A stretch of DNA of 64,000 nt from Octopus sinensis (lineage: Eukaryota), in contig NC_043005.1 in assembly GCF_006345805.1 (NCBI RefSeq), positions 86,304,001 to 86,368,000 on the forward strand, in the 5' to 3' direction. The translations under genes and the position numbers were made by a program. Under the pieces are notes generated by a model that did not search any database, was not told where the DNA came from, and saw nothing but the letters and a program-made list of their open reading frames with translations. Position 1 is the first letter of the stretch. Each line of letters starts with the position of its first letter. Positions 11,820 to 24,390 of this stretch are shown here, piece by piece.

Positions 11820-12210
11820 TGTCGATTTTTTTCTGGATATTCCGTGGCATTCCGTCGGTTACGACGACGAGGAATCCAGTTGATCCGATCAAAAGAACAG
11901 CTAGATCGGTGCCCCAGCATGGCCACGGCCTTCGGGCTAAAACATTTTAAAGGATTTTAAGGATTTAAGTGTCTGAGCACTCCATAGACACGTGTAATTT
12001 TCACAGAGTGTGACAAGGCTGTTTCTTTGAAATACAGGTACAACAGAAAAATGAACTGTGAGAGAAAGTTTTGGTGAAAAAGTGCAGCAGGGTTCCCCCT
12101 GAAAAGAGAAAAATGCAAACTGTAAAGTCATCCTGAGGTGAGACCATAAAGACGGACGAAACGCCGCTAAGCACTTTGCCCTGCATGCTAACGATTCTGC
12201 CAGTACTTCG
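11820..12210 (-). mobile_element. SINE family C fragment followed by a family A head fragment
   Basis: CGACGACGAGG..CCAGTTGATCCGATCAA..TTTGAAATACAGGTACAACAG shared with 13905-14285; then GACGGACGAAACGCCGCTAAGCA..ACGATTCTGCCAG. Confidence 0.7.
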
Positions 12211-12212
12211 CC

Positions 12213-12292
<80 letters not shown>

Positions 12293-12349
12293 AATAGTAA
12301 TGATTATTATTATTATTATTATTATATTATTATTATTATTATCATCCTT

Positions 12350-12890
12350 ATTATTTTTTCCCTTTTTTCTTCAAATTTTCTTCCGTTTCTCAGCGAGTGT
12401 TTTCCGTACACCTGGGGTAGAGAAGCTCAATGTATGCATTCGCTGATTACACACGCAATTTCACAGGTAAAATATGTATATAAAAAAATAAATAAATTCA
12501 TGAATCGTTGTTGATTTCACAGCGATAATGCTCTTCTCATTACACGCATCGTTCTAGTTAACACGAGTTTTTGCACTTCCTGTAGAAATGGTCAGCCTGG
12601 TATCATTTTCAAATAGGTTTCAGTACCTTTTTTTTATCATTCCTAGAGATCCTACAATCCCTGGTACTGTAGTCGCCTTGAGATGCCACACTTTTTCAAT
12701 TTCTATTAGCAAGTCTTTATATTTACTGATCTTGTCAAATTCTTTCGCCGCTATGTTGTAATCGCAAGGTATGCTCATGTCAATTAATAAACACAACTTT
12801 TTTGTCTGATATTTTATAATAATATGCGGTTTATTAGCTTTTATAGTTTTGTCGGTATGTACGGAGAATTCCCAGAGAATCATTATTATT
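12350..12890 (-). mobile_element. R4/Dong-type LINE 3' fragment (restriction-like endonuclease + 3' UTR)
   Basis: ILWEFSVHTDKTIKANKPHIII..LLIDMSIP..KEFDKISKYKDL..VPGIVGSLG, homologous to 21679-22130; flanked by TAA-type tracts. Confidence 0.88.
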
Positions 12891-13049
12891 GTTACAACAA
12901 CAATAATAATAATAATAATATGTAATCACACTTATATATATATATGCTATCGTGTTATATCCGTCACTTGTATAAGCTAAGCATGATGTGCAAAATCTGT
13001 ATAAAATCATCCGGGAAAATATTTTATTTAATGTTAAGTGTAAGTATAA

Positions 13050-13230
13050 AACAGTGAGCTGGCAGAATCGATAGTAGGCCGAGCAAAATTCTTAGCGGCA
13101 TTTCGTCCGTCTTTAAGGTCACATTTCAAATTCCACAGAGGTGGAATAAAATTAGCACCAATTGACCACTGTCATTAATATAATCAACATATACCCTCCA
13201 TCGTGATTGCTGGCCTTGTGCCAATATTTA
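13050..13230 (+). mobile_element. SINE family A copy
   Basis: GTGAGCTGGCAGAATCG..CTTAGCGGCATTTCGTC..CAAATTCC..GCTGGCCTTGTGCC. Confidence 0.75.
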
Positions 13231-13299
13231 TAATCGATATTATGTTAATTGATGATTTAACACAAAATACGAGGGTTCACGAGTCAAAGGAGAAGCTAT

Positions 13300-13630
13300 T
13301 CCGCGGTCACTCCTTTTGGCAGAAAGACAACTTGTTTATTTCTTCTCGAACCACGCTTGGCTCATAGGGCCGGTTTCCGGGTTTCCTTGGCTTATAGCTT
13401 CCCCACCTGAACGGGACGCTGGTCCGTCGCAGGTGAGCTGCAAGATGCAGGAGGAAAGGGTGAGAAAAAGTTGTGGCGAAAGAGTCAGCAGAATTTCGCC
13501 TTTGACCTTGCCGGCGCCGCGTGGAGCTTAGGTATTTCGCTCATAAACACACACATCACCGGTCTGAGATTCGAACCGGCTATCCCTCGACCGCGAGTCC
13601 GCTTCCCTAACCACTAGGCCATGTACCACC
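13300..13630 (-). mobile_element. tRNA-headed SINE (family C-related head, different body)
   Basis: Minus strand TGGCCTAGTGGTTAGGGAAGCGGACTCGCGGTCGAGGGATAGCCGGTTCGAATC (A and B boxes); body CCCCACCTGAACGGGACGCTGGTCCGTCGCAGG. Confidence 0.75.
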
Positions 13631-13904
13631 ACAGAAAACAAATTCCCATTGAAATTGCGTCCAATTCACTTCATCATACCGTCTTAAAACACGTCGGATA
13701 AATTCGGTCATGTATGATTGCAAATACGAATAGATAGTCAGGGTTTGAACACGATTCTTCATTAAGCTAGAAGCGACATGTGACGACAAAAGTAGCAACG
13801 GCACTTGAAAAGTAACTTCACACTGCTGTCTTTTTATTATGGAGGATTTACAAAAAATATGTAAATAGAGAATGAAAGAAATAATATTGTGTAACAAATA
13901 TTTT

Positions 13905-14285
13905 AGTAGCAGAGTCTATCGTGGCATTTCGTGCGACGACGAGGGTTCCAGCTGATCCGATCAACGGAACAGCCTGCTCGTGAAATTAATGTGCAAGTCG
14001 CTAAGCACTTCACAGGCATGTGTACCCTTAACGTAGTTCTCATGGAGATTCGGCGTGACACAGAGTGTGGCAAGGCTGGCCCTTTGAAATACAGGTACAA
14101 CAGAAACAGGAAGAAAGAGTTGTGGTGAAAGAATGCAGCAGGGTTCGCCACCACCCACTGCCGGAGCTTCGTAGAGCTTTTAGGTGTTTTTGTGCAATAA
14201 ACAGTCACAACGCCCAGTCTGGAAATTGAAACCCCGATCCTCCGACTGCGAGTCCGCTGCCCAAACCACTGGGCCGTTTTGCCAC
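13905..14285 (-). mobile_element. SINE family C, near full length
   Basis: Minus-strand head GGCCCAGTGGTTTGGGCAGCGGACTCGCAGTCGGAGGATCGGGGTTTCAATT; body shared with 11820-12095 and 58690-58992. Confidence 0.8.
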
Positions 14286-15244
14286 CAGAGTCTATATAAC
14301 AAGACTGAAAACAGTTTGAATCATTAAATATATGTGAACGCAAATAATCAAGCAAATCGCGTATGTGTGGACTAGTTGAAGGACAAACATATCGGATGTT
14401 ACATACGTTATTAAAACAATGAGGATAATACAACATTCGTTGCGCCAAATCATGAAATATTACTAATAATACAACCATGCTACGAATAACAAGCGCTGCT
14501 TTCATTTTTGTTTGCATAACAAGGCGTTTAGTGGTTGACTATTAATTAACCACAGTACAAAGACAGCGTGTGTGTAACAATTAACAGGTTTGATAATTAG
14601 GTATGGTAGAACTACACTTAATTAACATACTTCTAGTGAACGCTCGGATATGCAAATGTATAAAACTCCGTAAATATTAACCATAAAACAGTAAGCTGAT
14701 TGAACAACCGCCGGAAACCGAATGGCGTTGATGCAAGTTAGAAGACAGCAAAACAGATGAAAGTTACCTAGATTTGTTTAATTCCAAGGCCTTTCTAGTA
14801 AGAAGCTTATGCAGTTACAACCATCGGATTTTGTCACCGAGCAAGCATAAATGTATTTAAGAACTAAAGGTTTGTTAACTTTAGGCGTTTACGCACACAA
14901 TTCATCCACCACCCGGACATAAGTTCTCATCTTTATAATTATTAATTCTGGGCAATATTATATCATGTGTAATGTAATATAATGAACATTAATATAATGA
15001 AATATCTGTGATCCTGTGATCCTCTGTTTATGTGTTCGTATGGCTCTACTACAATAATATTCTCAATAAATTCCAATCGGCTACGTGTTTCGGTGTTCTT
15101 ATGTATTTTGAGGTAGCATTTATGTGAGTTTTGCTGATTCAGTTGCAGTACGTATTCCTCCAAGGTAGACATTCCTTTACAGCTACGTGCAACGTGCAAG
15201 ATTTTACCCGAAGCGACTTATCAATATCAGAAATCCCTATGCAT

Positions 15245-15470
15245 AGCTGCACAGGGATTTCTGATATTGAAAAATCGGGTATAGCTGATCATGTAGGAAA
15301 TTATAGAGACCCCTCCCTGTTGGATGAAGCTAAAATAATAGACGGATAACACCACTGGAAAATGCGAAAGCTAAAAGGAGCAGCACATATTTTAGGATAC
15401 AATAACATGCTGAGCAGACCGAGGGCAGATATGAGTAGCATTTAGGAACCGCTATTAAGGACGTATAGGA
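15245..15470 (+). mobile_element. Penelope-like element, GIY-YIG endonuclease C-terminus (Poseidon-like), decayed
   Basis: IEKSGIADHV..LDEAKII [frameshift] HWKMRKLKGAAHILGYNNMLSRPRADMSSI*EPLL resembles the end of PLE endonuclease domains. Confidence 0.7.
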
Positions 15471-15489
15471 AAATATTAGATTTATTATT

Positions 15490-15700
15490 GTGATTAAGAG
15501 CGCGAGCTGCTAACCCCAAGAATCCGATTTCGATTCCAGGCAAGGAACTGAATAAGGATAATAATAGCATCGAACAGAACACCTTAGAAATGAGAACTCA
15601 TCTGATGAAGGCGGGAATATCAGCCGAAGCGTTTTGTTAACGAACAACATGAGGAGAAATATCCGTCAACTGTAAATAAAGTAAATTTATAAAATAGGAA
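15490..15700 (+). mobile_element. tRNA-head + degenerate hammerhead composite (second copy)
   Basis: TAAGAGCGCGAGCTGCTAACCCCAAG..TTTCGATTCCAGG, ACCTTAGAAATGAGAAC, CTGATGA-A-GGC..GCC-GAAG-CGTT (15602-15633), ATATCCGTCAACTGTAAAT; homologous to 820-1084. Confidence 0.65.
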
Positions 15701-15984
15701 ATTATTTTAATTTCTGTATGATTTATAAAATTATGTGGAAAATAGGAACAGTACAAAAGACATGATGTAATTTTTTTCTATTATACCGACACAACTACGT
15801 GACTGGTACTTTACATTAATGACCCCGAAGAGTTGAAAGTAAACTTGACATTGGAGGATAAATGAATGTGCATGTGAGTGTGTTGTGTTTATTTTATTAT
15901 CAAGAGTGCTTTCGTAATATTTGTATTTAAAATCAACGCAAGATGTGTACTAGATTTCTAGAAATTAAAAAATCGGACGCATTA

Positions 15985-17136
15985 TGAAAATCATTTTATT
16001 CCTGGTCTCCAACGATTCTGCCACATCGCCGCTCTTCATGATTATCTTGAATTTTGGTAAAAGGCCAGACATTTTAGGGGGACGATGAATGCTGTTTCCA
16101 TCGATTCCACTGCTCAACTGCTGTGTTATCGACACAAAAACGATGACACGAAGTCGAACTTCGATGGAATTCACAATCAAAACTTGAAGAGCCGTAAGAA
16201 ATATCCTGAAACATTTTGTCTCCGGCGCTGACGGTTCTGCCACCTCCTCGTCATAAGATAAGGATTAATAAAACAAAAGTACTTTTGATTGAATATATCA
16301 ATATCTATTGAATGATGTCTATTTGTTTCTACTCAAGGCGCACGACATTTTGGGGGAAGGTGCCAGTCGATTAAATCTACCCCAGTAAGCAACTGGTGCT
16401 TAATTTATCGACTCCGAAACGATGATAAGCAAAGTCGACCTCGGAAGAATTTGAACTCAGAACCAAAAGACAGACGAAATACCGCTAAGCATTCTCGCCA
16501 GGCGTGTTAAAGTTATTTTGGTTTCGTATTAAATCAGTGAACTGGCAGAAACGTTAGTACGTCGGGCGAAATGTTTAGCGGTATTTTATCTGCCGTTACT
16601 TTCTGAGTTCAAATTCCGCCGAGGTTGACTTTGCCTTTCATCCTTTCGGGTTCGATAAATTGAGTACCGGTTACGCACTAGGGTCGATGTAATCGACTTA
16701 TCCGCTTGTCTCTCCTTGTTTGTCCTCTCTGTGTTTAGTCCCTTGTGGGTAGTAAAGAAATAGGTATTTCTTCTGACGCTACGTTCTGAGTTGAAATTCC
16801 GCCGCGGTCGACTTTGCGTTTCATCATTCGGGGTCGATAAATTAAGTACCAGTTGTGTACCGAGGTCGATCTAATCGACTGGCCCCCTCCCTCAAAATTT
16901 GTGCCTTGAGTATAAAAGATTCTTTTGATTTCAAATATTGGTACAATCCCAGCAGGTTCACGGGAGTTGTTAATCCAATTATATCCCTTTCAGTGATCAA
17001 CTAGTACTTATTTTATTGGCCCCGAAAGGATGAAAGGTAATGTTGACTTCGGCAGAATTTGAACTTCAGAACGTAGAAACGGACAACATGCCGGAAAGCG
17101 CTTCATCGGGCGTGCTAACGATTCTGCTAGCTCGCA
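15985..17136. mobile_element. Cluster of SINE family A copies (15985-16255 -, 16325-16510 -, 16535-16915 + dimer-like, 17000-17136 -)
   Basis: Repeated GAGTTCAAATTCCGCCGAGGT(C/T)GACTTTGC(C/G)TTTCATC..CGGGGTCGATAAATT cores in both orientations. Confidence 0.85.
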
Positions 17137-17289
17137 GCACAAATAATAGGAATAATGATAATGGAGACCATTAAAACGATAATAATAATGATGAGGAGAA
17201 GAATGGTAACGACGTAGTTGTTTACTGTAATAATCACAGAATTCAGAATTATAAGAGAAAGCAATAGAAAAAAAAATTACTGAAGGAAG

Positions 17290-17735
17290 ATTTAACAAGG
17301 GAGGCAGAAGAATAGGAGGTGGAGGGTATTTCAGTAGCAGTAGCTGGGGCAGAGGAGAGAAGGAGGACAAGTAGAAGAAGAAGACGGAGGACGAGGAGAA
17401 CATGATGATGAAGAAGAAGGAGGAGGAGGAGGAGGAAAAGAAGAAGGAGGAGGAGGAAAAGAAGAAGAATAAGGAGGAGGAGGATAAGAAGAAGAAGGAG
17501 GAGGAGGCGGAGGAGGAGAAGAAGTAGAAGATTAAGAAAAAGAAGAAGGAGAAGAAGAAGGAGTAGAAGAAGAAGAAGAAAAAGAAGAAGATGATGAAGG
17601 AGGAGAAGGAGGAGAAGAAGAAGAGGAAGGAGAAGAAGAAGAAGAAAAAAAGAAGAAGAAGAAGAAGAAGAAGAAGAAGAAAAAGAAGAAGGAGAGGAAG
17701 AAGAAGAAGAAGAAGAAGAAGAAGAAGGAGGATGG
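17290..17735. repeat. Degenerate (GAA/GAG)n polypurine tract
   Basis: Directly visible; source of the 259-aa F/S/L pseudo-ORF. Confidence 0.95.
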
Positions 17736-18949
17736 GAGGAATGGATCCTGAGTGATTATGATATGAATGAATAAGAATGAATTTCATATATTCGATATTC
17801 GTCGCTCCTTGAAAAGTTACTTAAACATCTGCTTCAGTTCTGTTCTTAACTGCCTAAATATTTCTACGAAACAGGAAATGACTTTCTTGAGCTGCCTCGA
17901 AAAAAAAACAACAATGTAAATAAATAAACAAATTAAAATAAAGAAACATTAACTTTTACTTTCCTTCAAGGCTTCCATTTTTTTCGCAGAGCTATTTCTT
18001 CTTCGTTCTCTCTCTCTCTCTCTTTCTTTCTCTCTTTCTAATTCTGTCGCTTCTTTTCCAATTATTATTACCATTTCCAGTTAACCCACTGCATTTTTTA
18101 ATTATTATTTCTGCTTCTTTTGCAGTTTGTAGGACAATTGTGCAGATTTACTCACTCTCTCACTCTTTCTTTCTCCCTCATTCATTTTCAACAATCCATT
18201 TATACTCTCCCATTTAAAAAAAAATCTTTTCCGCTATACTTCCAATAAAAGTGCACATCTTTCGATGATTTTAAATACAAATATTACGAAAACACACTTG
18301 ACATTAAAATAAACGCACAAACTCACATGCACGTTCATTTATTTGCTAGTGAAGTTGCGGCTTTGGTAAAGGCCAGTGTAAGATCTTTTTGACAAATGAT
18401 ATCGATTGAATTAACACTTAACTCAAACCCTCTCCAATTAACAAGTCAACACCGGATAAATCATGAGTAGGAGTCGATTTCCAGAGGGTCAACGTTCTAG
18501 GAAGTGGGTGGATGTGCAGAGAGATTTGGTCGAAGACTGACAATTTGCAAAAAAAATATTTGAGGAAGAAAGGAAAGACAAGGCGGCCAGAATGTTCCTA
18601 ATGGAAGTGATTTGATCTCACCTTTCACCAAGAAGAACAGAATATTTAAATAATGGTAGAAACAGACTGAGAGATTAAATAACACGAATCGATACCAGAA
18701 TTCAACTCGTCTCTCTGGGAGACAGATCCACGCTGATATTTTCTTCATGGGTAAAGGTACTCATTTCAGTTTTCCTGGACGTCTAGAGTGTTTGCATGTA
18801 CACAGCGGTGCCGTCCCAAATGTGGGAGCAATGATCCATAGTGACAATCACATGAGCTTTGTGGAGTATGCATAGTGGTGAAGTATCTTCCAGATTTGAA
18901 GTGGAAGGGCCAGTTGAAGAATGTTGTCCTTGTAATAATAATCCTTTCT

Positions 18950-19580
18950 ACTAAAGCCACATGGCCTGAAATTTTGGGGGAGAAAAGTAGTCGATTACAT
19001 CGACCCCAGTGTTTCGCTGGTACTTAATTTGAAAGGATGAACGGCAAAGTCGACCTCGGCAGAATTTGAACTCAGAACGTAAGGACGGACGAAATACCTA
19101 TTTCTTTACTACCCATAAGGGGTTAGTAAAGAGGAGACAAACAAGAACAGACAGACGGATTAAGTCGATTATATCGACGCCAGTGCGTAACTGGTACTTA
19201 AATTATCGACCCTGAAAGGATAAAAGGCAGATAAAATACGGCTACGCATTTCACCCGGCGTGCTAACGTTTCTGCCAGCTCGCCGCCTTATATCCTTGCA
19301 ATAACAATGATGTGGGTTTGCTGATATATTTTATTTTCAAAGACGCATTTTTCAGCAGATGAAAATATCTACATCGGATTATGAAAAGCAATTCCTCGCC
19401 GTGTGTTTATGTGTATATACACTGTACCACAAAGAATGTTAATATATATAGGTTAAGGCAGCAAGCTGTCAAAATCGTTCATCTTTAAGTTCTGGGTTGA
19501 AAAGCAACAGTTGAACACAGGGATCAATGTAATCGGCTTACCCGCTCCTCCTAAATTGCTGGCTTTGTGCCAAAATTTGA
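18950..19580. mobile_element. SINE family A copies (18950-19288 -, 19453-19580 +)
   Basis: AAAGTCGACCTCGGCAGAATTTGAACTCAGAACGT..CTGCCAGCTCGCCGCC on plus, i.e. a minus-strand SINE. Confidence 0.85.
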
Positions 19581-19879
19581 AAAATATATATATGGGTTAA
19601 CCGAATTATTGAGAAACGGACAGAATGGCTGAAATAGTGATTAAAATTCGAAATTAGAATAAACTGAGAGATTTCACCTGCTTTATTATTTGGAGTATAT
19701 ATGTTGTAGTAAGTTTACCTCTGTAAAAGATTAACAAGAAATCTTAAACCAAAATCAAATTAACTCGGACCATTAAGATGTATAAAATGCATCTTTTATT
19801 ATTTGTGAAATTAATTTTCATGTAGCTACATTTATATATAATTGTTATAAACAACTTTGAAGTGAAGTGAGTTGCTGTG

Positions 19880-20124
19880 TTACAGAAAAGAATGGAAATC
19901 TCGCACGCAGAATAGTTGTGGAAACAGCTTAGAAGACGGGAAAAATGTGATCAGAAAGCTGCTAAAGAGAACCATATATCTCTGGCTTGAATTTGAGAGG
20001 CACTGGGTTTGATCCTCTATAGTAGCTTGCTGGCCAATTTTTCCGTCTTCTAAGTATATTTACCCGATATTACTCGCTGTTTCCACAAATTTTCTGCGTC
20101 CGAGACATCCTTTCTTTTCTGTAA
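19880..20124. repeat. Fold-back inverted repeat / MITE-like
   Basis: Arms 19880-19969 and 20015-20124 align with about 80% identity plus one ~21-bp indel; ~45-bp spacer. Confidence 0.75.
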
Positions 20125-20439
20125 AATATATCAATGTTTCATGGCGTCACACATTTCGCATAAATAGTTTGACCTCAAGAAATATTTTCTTACTAAATCA
20201 TATCTATCTATATACTAAATATAAGGAGAAATTTCTTCGAGTCAAGTTTAAATAATACTTTTATTGCTAATTTGGATACCTTCAACATTCTTGCAGCTAT
20301 CCAAGTGACATTAGAATTCCAAGATGAACTCTGTAATATACTTCAAATCCTGCTGATATCAGAAGTGGTCTTCAATCACTACGGAGTTGCTAAATTAATG
20401 TACTGGAATTCCGCTGGAATCGATGGATCGACAAGTCAT

Positions 20440-20935
20440 CGATTCGCTCTCTCGTCTAATTTGCTCCTCTTCTGGCAGAGCCTTAAAATTTCTTGGCTCA
20501 AAAGAAAGATCCGGAATTCCGTTAGCTTCCTGAGATCACAATGTCCTCTGTCTCTGTTACGAACGAAGATGACGGATTTCTAGGCCACTTTACTTGTCTC
20601 GGTAGTGTGATCTATAGCAGCAATAGTTGCGTGCCCGAAGTCTTAAAACCATTTGGACATGCTGGTGCAGTTGTGGAGTCACTGAACAAGGGTATTTATT
20701 TGCTGCCATCGATATCTGAGCAGGAGGATAAAGGTTCGATTCTTTGGATCCTTGGTCCTCCATTTTACCCTATAGTTGCCTGATTTAGCTGAACACTGTC
20801 CGGGCCTCTTGTGGGCTGTCCGGACTCATTTGGTACCAGAATGTTTCGCAAGTATATGGGTTACAATTGGTTGCATTTCGTATCCAACTAACGACTGTAT
20901 TCCGTAATTCGGATGCAACCTAGTCTAGACTATTT
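20440..20935 (+). mobile_element. RTE-clade LINE fragment, decayed RT C-terminal region
   Basis: LKISWLKRKI, HFTCLGSVI, FGHAGAVVESLNKGI, then IKVRFFGSLVL and GLDSFGTRMFRKYMGY across frameshifts. Confidence 0.7.
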
Positions 20936-20949
20936 TTTCGTATTGCTGG

Positions 20950-21500
20950 ATTTTCCGAGTTAGCTCTTGCGTACTCTGTGCTCTTCACTGACGATTATTT
21001 TTGCCAAGTACTTGGTGGAATCTTTTCGGGTTGGAGTCGAATTGTTTGTTTTGTTCAACGAAATGTTGGTGTTTCTCATACCAGCGAATTCTTTGTGATT
21101 TGGCAAGGATATATTACTTTATCTGTTCTTTTACCGCAGATTTACCTTGTTCGATACTTTGTATTTACGTAGTATGTTCCTTCTCTTCTTGTTGCTTGGT
21201 AGTATTGATTTTCTACTAGCTTCATTAAGGATTGACACATACTTTCTTTTCTTTTTGTTTCTTTTTTTTAAATATTATTTATCCACGGGGTTTGTGTGGG
21301 TGGTGATATTCCTATTTGGATGGATTTTAGGGAGTATCCAGATTATTTTATGGCCACAGAGGCTGCTGCATATATTATATTATTTAAGCTGGTCATATTG
21401 ATATTTGTGTGACTATTAGTTCTGTGACGGCCAGATTCATACTATTTATTATTGATGTTGTTTTATTATCAATTGTAAGTTTCGAGAGGTGCAATTGGTG
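20950..21500 (-). mobile_element. Older R4/Dong fragment (region upstream of RT)
   Basis: Minus translation YILAKSQRIRWYEKHQHFVEQNKQFDSNPKRFHQVLGKN matches DILAKAQRIRRYEKRQRFFEQNKKFNYDPKKFYQELGKN of 23993-24292. Confidence 0.7.
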
Positions 21501-21513
21501 GTCCATATCATCA

Positions 21514-21581
<68 letters not shown>

Positions 21582-21584
<3 letters not shown>

Positions 21585-24314
21585 TAGTTTTATTTTTATA
21601 GCGTGCTTTCACTTCACTACCGAACGCGGCTCTGTGTGCCTTGGGTGTGTGCTGTGATTTGTTGTGATGCTCTGATGGTTATTGTATGGAAAGTGTTCTG
21701 CGTAGGATGTGTGCAGTGCCTAGTAGTGCAATTTTCTGTATGTTATATGTGTTTGTAAGTCCTGGTGTTTTTGTTATGTATTTGTCTGAATATTTTTTTA
21801 TCATGCCTAATGCACCTACTATGATAGGAATTGTTTCTGTTTCCAGGTTCCACATTCTAGTTACCTCTATTTCCAGGTCTTTGTATTTTGAGAGTTTCTC
21901 CATTTCTTTTAGAGAAACGTTGTCATCTGCCGGTATTGATACATCAATTAGAAGGCATTTTTTCTTCATGATCTCTGACAACTATATCTGGTCTGTTGGC
22001 CTTAATTTCTCTATCTGTGTGTATCGGCATATCCCAGAGTATGGTTGCTTTCTCGTTTTCTGTGACCTTTTCTGGTGTGTGCCTATACCATCTTTTTTCT
22101 GTTGTCATTCCATAATGTTGGCATAGCTTCCAATGTATGTAGGTTCCAACTTTGTCATGTCTGTGAATATATTCCTTCTTAGCCAGGACTGGGCAGCTAG
22201 AGATAATATGATTTATTGTTTCTTGTCCATCTCCACATATTCTGCAGTTACTTGTAATATTTCTTTTCATTACATGTTTTTGGTAATTTCTGGTGGGGAG
22301 GCTTTGGTCTTGTGCTGCAATTAAAAATCCCTCTGTTTCTGCTTTGAGTCCTGGGCTTCTCAACCATTGCTGGGATTTTTCTTTGTCTATTCCTTTTGCG
22401 TTTAGTTTAGTGCAGTATTTACCATGAAGGGGCTTTTCTTGCCATCGTTTTATCATGGCTCGTTGCTGTTCTATTTTTAGTTTGGATTTCATTTGTTTTA
22501 TAGCTTTTGTTGTTTCTTCATCATCTTCTTCTTCTTCTTTGTGTTTATTAGGTGGTATGATTTCTTGTTTGTATTTGTCAGCTTCCTTAAATACTGAGAA
22601 CAGTTTTTTGTTTTGCTCGTGTTTTGCTGCTATCTGGATCAGTTTTCCTTCCTTCTGAAGTAGGTATTTTTGCAGTCCTATGGTGGTTATTTTATAGTAG
22701 TTTTCCAGCTGTATAGGGCTCTACCACCTTCTATACGTTGTATATATAGTCTTTCTATGTCAGATTTTGGGTGATGCATCCTAGATCCTGTCAGTATTTT
22801 TCTTGTTTTCCTATCTATTTTGGACAGTTCATTTCGTGTCCAGTTAAGGATATTGTAGCTGTAACTTATAACTGGGACAGCTAAAGTGTTGATACCTATT
22901 ATCTTGTTTTTAGCATTGAGCTCTGTTTTTAGTATTGATCTAACTCGTCTATAATATTCTTTTTTATTTTCTCTTTCATTTGTGTGTGTTGTGTCTTATC
23001 TAGTTCATGGATTCCTAAGTATTTGTAAGTTTGGCTTTGGTCTAATTCTTTTATTTCATTGGTTTTATCTAGTGTGATGTTGTTACTCTTAACTAGTTTT
23101 CCTCTTTTCATGGTTACTTTGGCGCATTTTTCTAATCCAAATTTCATATCTATTTCTTTGGTAAATCCATGAACTGTCTTTAATAGTGTTTCCAGCTGTT
23201 TGTCATTTGCAGCGTATAGTTTTAGGTCATCCATATATAAAAGGTGGCTGATCGTTTTGCTGTAACATTTATATCCGCATCCAGTTCTATTTAGCATATC
23301 AGATAGAGGTGACAGTGCCAAGCAGAAAAGTAGTGGAGAGAGCGTGTCTCCCTGGAATATTCCTCTTCTTATGGGGATGTCTTTGGTTTTCATGAGTTTG
23401 GAGGTGTAGGACTGTTTGCCATTTATTCATAGAGTGCTCTATGAATTTTATGATTGTTGGTGCTACTTTGTTAATGGCTAGTGTTTCGAGGATCCATGTG
23501 TGGGGGATGCTATCAAACGCCTTTTTGTAGTCAATCCAGGCCATACTGAGGCCTTTCTTCTTTCTGTGGCTGTCTTCAGTTACGGCTTTATTAATCATTA
23601 GTTGATCTTTACAGCCATATGAGCCCTTGCGGCATCCTTTCTGCTCTTCTGGGAACAGTTTGTTTTCGTCCAGGTGCTTGTTCAGCCTTTGCGAAATCAC
23701 TGCAGTAAATGCCTTGAACATAGTAGTGAGGCAGGTTATTGGTCTGTAGTTTTCTGGTTTTGTTGTTTCATTTGATTTGGGAATTAAGATGGTTTTCCCC
23801 TTCGTGAGCCATTTAGGCATTGTCTCTGGCTCTGCCAGTATGCTGTTAAAGTTTTCAGCCAGCTTTTTGTGCATTCCTGTAAGATATTTCAACCAGAAGT
23901 TGGGGATCTTGTCATGCCCAGGTGCCTTCCAGTTGCTTAGTTTTTGCAGTGCCTGGGTGACCTCTTCAGTTGTTATGGGGGTCCAAAGTTGTTCAGATGC
24001 CGAGTTTGTTATTTTCATACTCCTTTTTTTTTGGCAGTTCGTTCGCCGACCATATTTCTTTCCAGAATTCTTCCAATTCTTCTGCCGTTGGTGCTGCAGT
24101 GACTTCTATTTTATTTTTGCCCAGTTCTTGGTAGAACTTTTTGGGGTCGTAGTTGAACTTTTTGTTCTGTTCAAAGAAGCGTTGGCGTTTCTCGTACCGG
24201 CGGATCCTTTGAGCTTTGGCAAGGATATCTTGCTTCAGCTTTTCTTTTATCTCCGGCAAATCTTTTTCTGTGATGTTATATTTGCAGAGCATTTTTGTTC
24301 CTTTTTTGTTGCTC

Positions 24315-24316
<2 letters not shown>
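21582..24316 (-). mobile_element. R4/Dong-type non-LTR retrotransposon, 5'-truncated and frameshifted (RT + CCHC + restriction-like endonuclease)
   Basis: KAPGHD, ENYRPITCL, EQKGCRKG, WIDYKKAFDSIPH, GIFQGDTLSPLLF, HLLYMDDLKL, YKYLGI, CRIC..ETINHIISSC, RPDIVV..LIDVSIP..EKLSKYKDL; stop at 21679; ~100-bp 3' UTR; (TAA)n on both sides. Confidence 0.95.

Positions 24317-24390
<74 letters not shown>

Noticed and set aside
15965-16243. 92-aa minus ORF MAEPSAPETK..
   Set aside because: Lies wholly in a SINE family A copy.
17008-17787. 259-aa ORF and all poly-F/S/L, YI, CV, TH and N-rich ORFs
   Set aside because: Translations of microsatellites.
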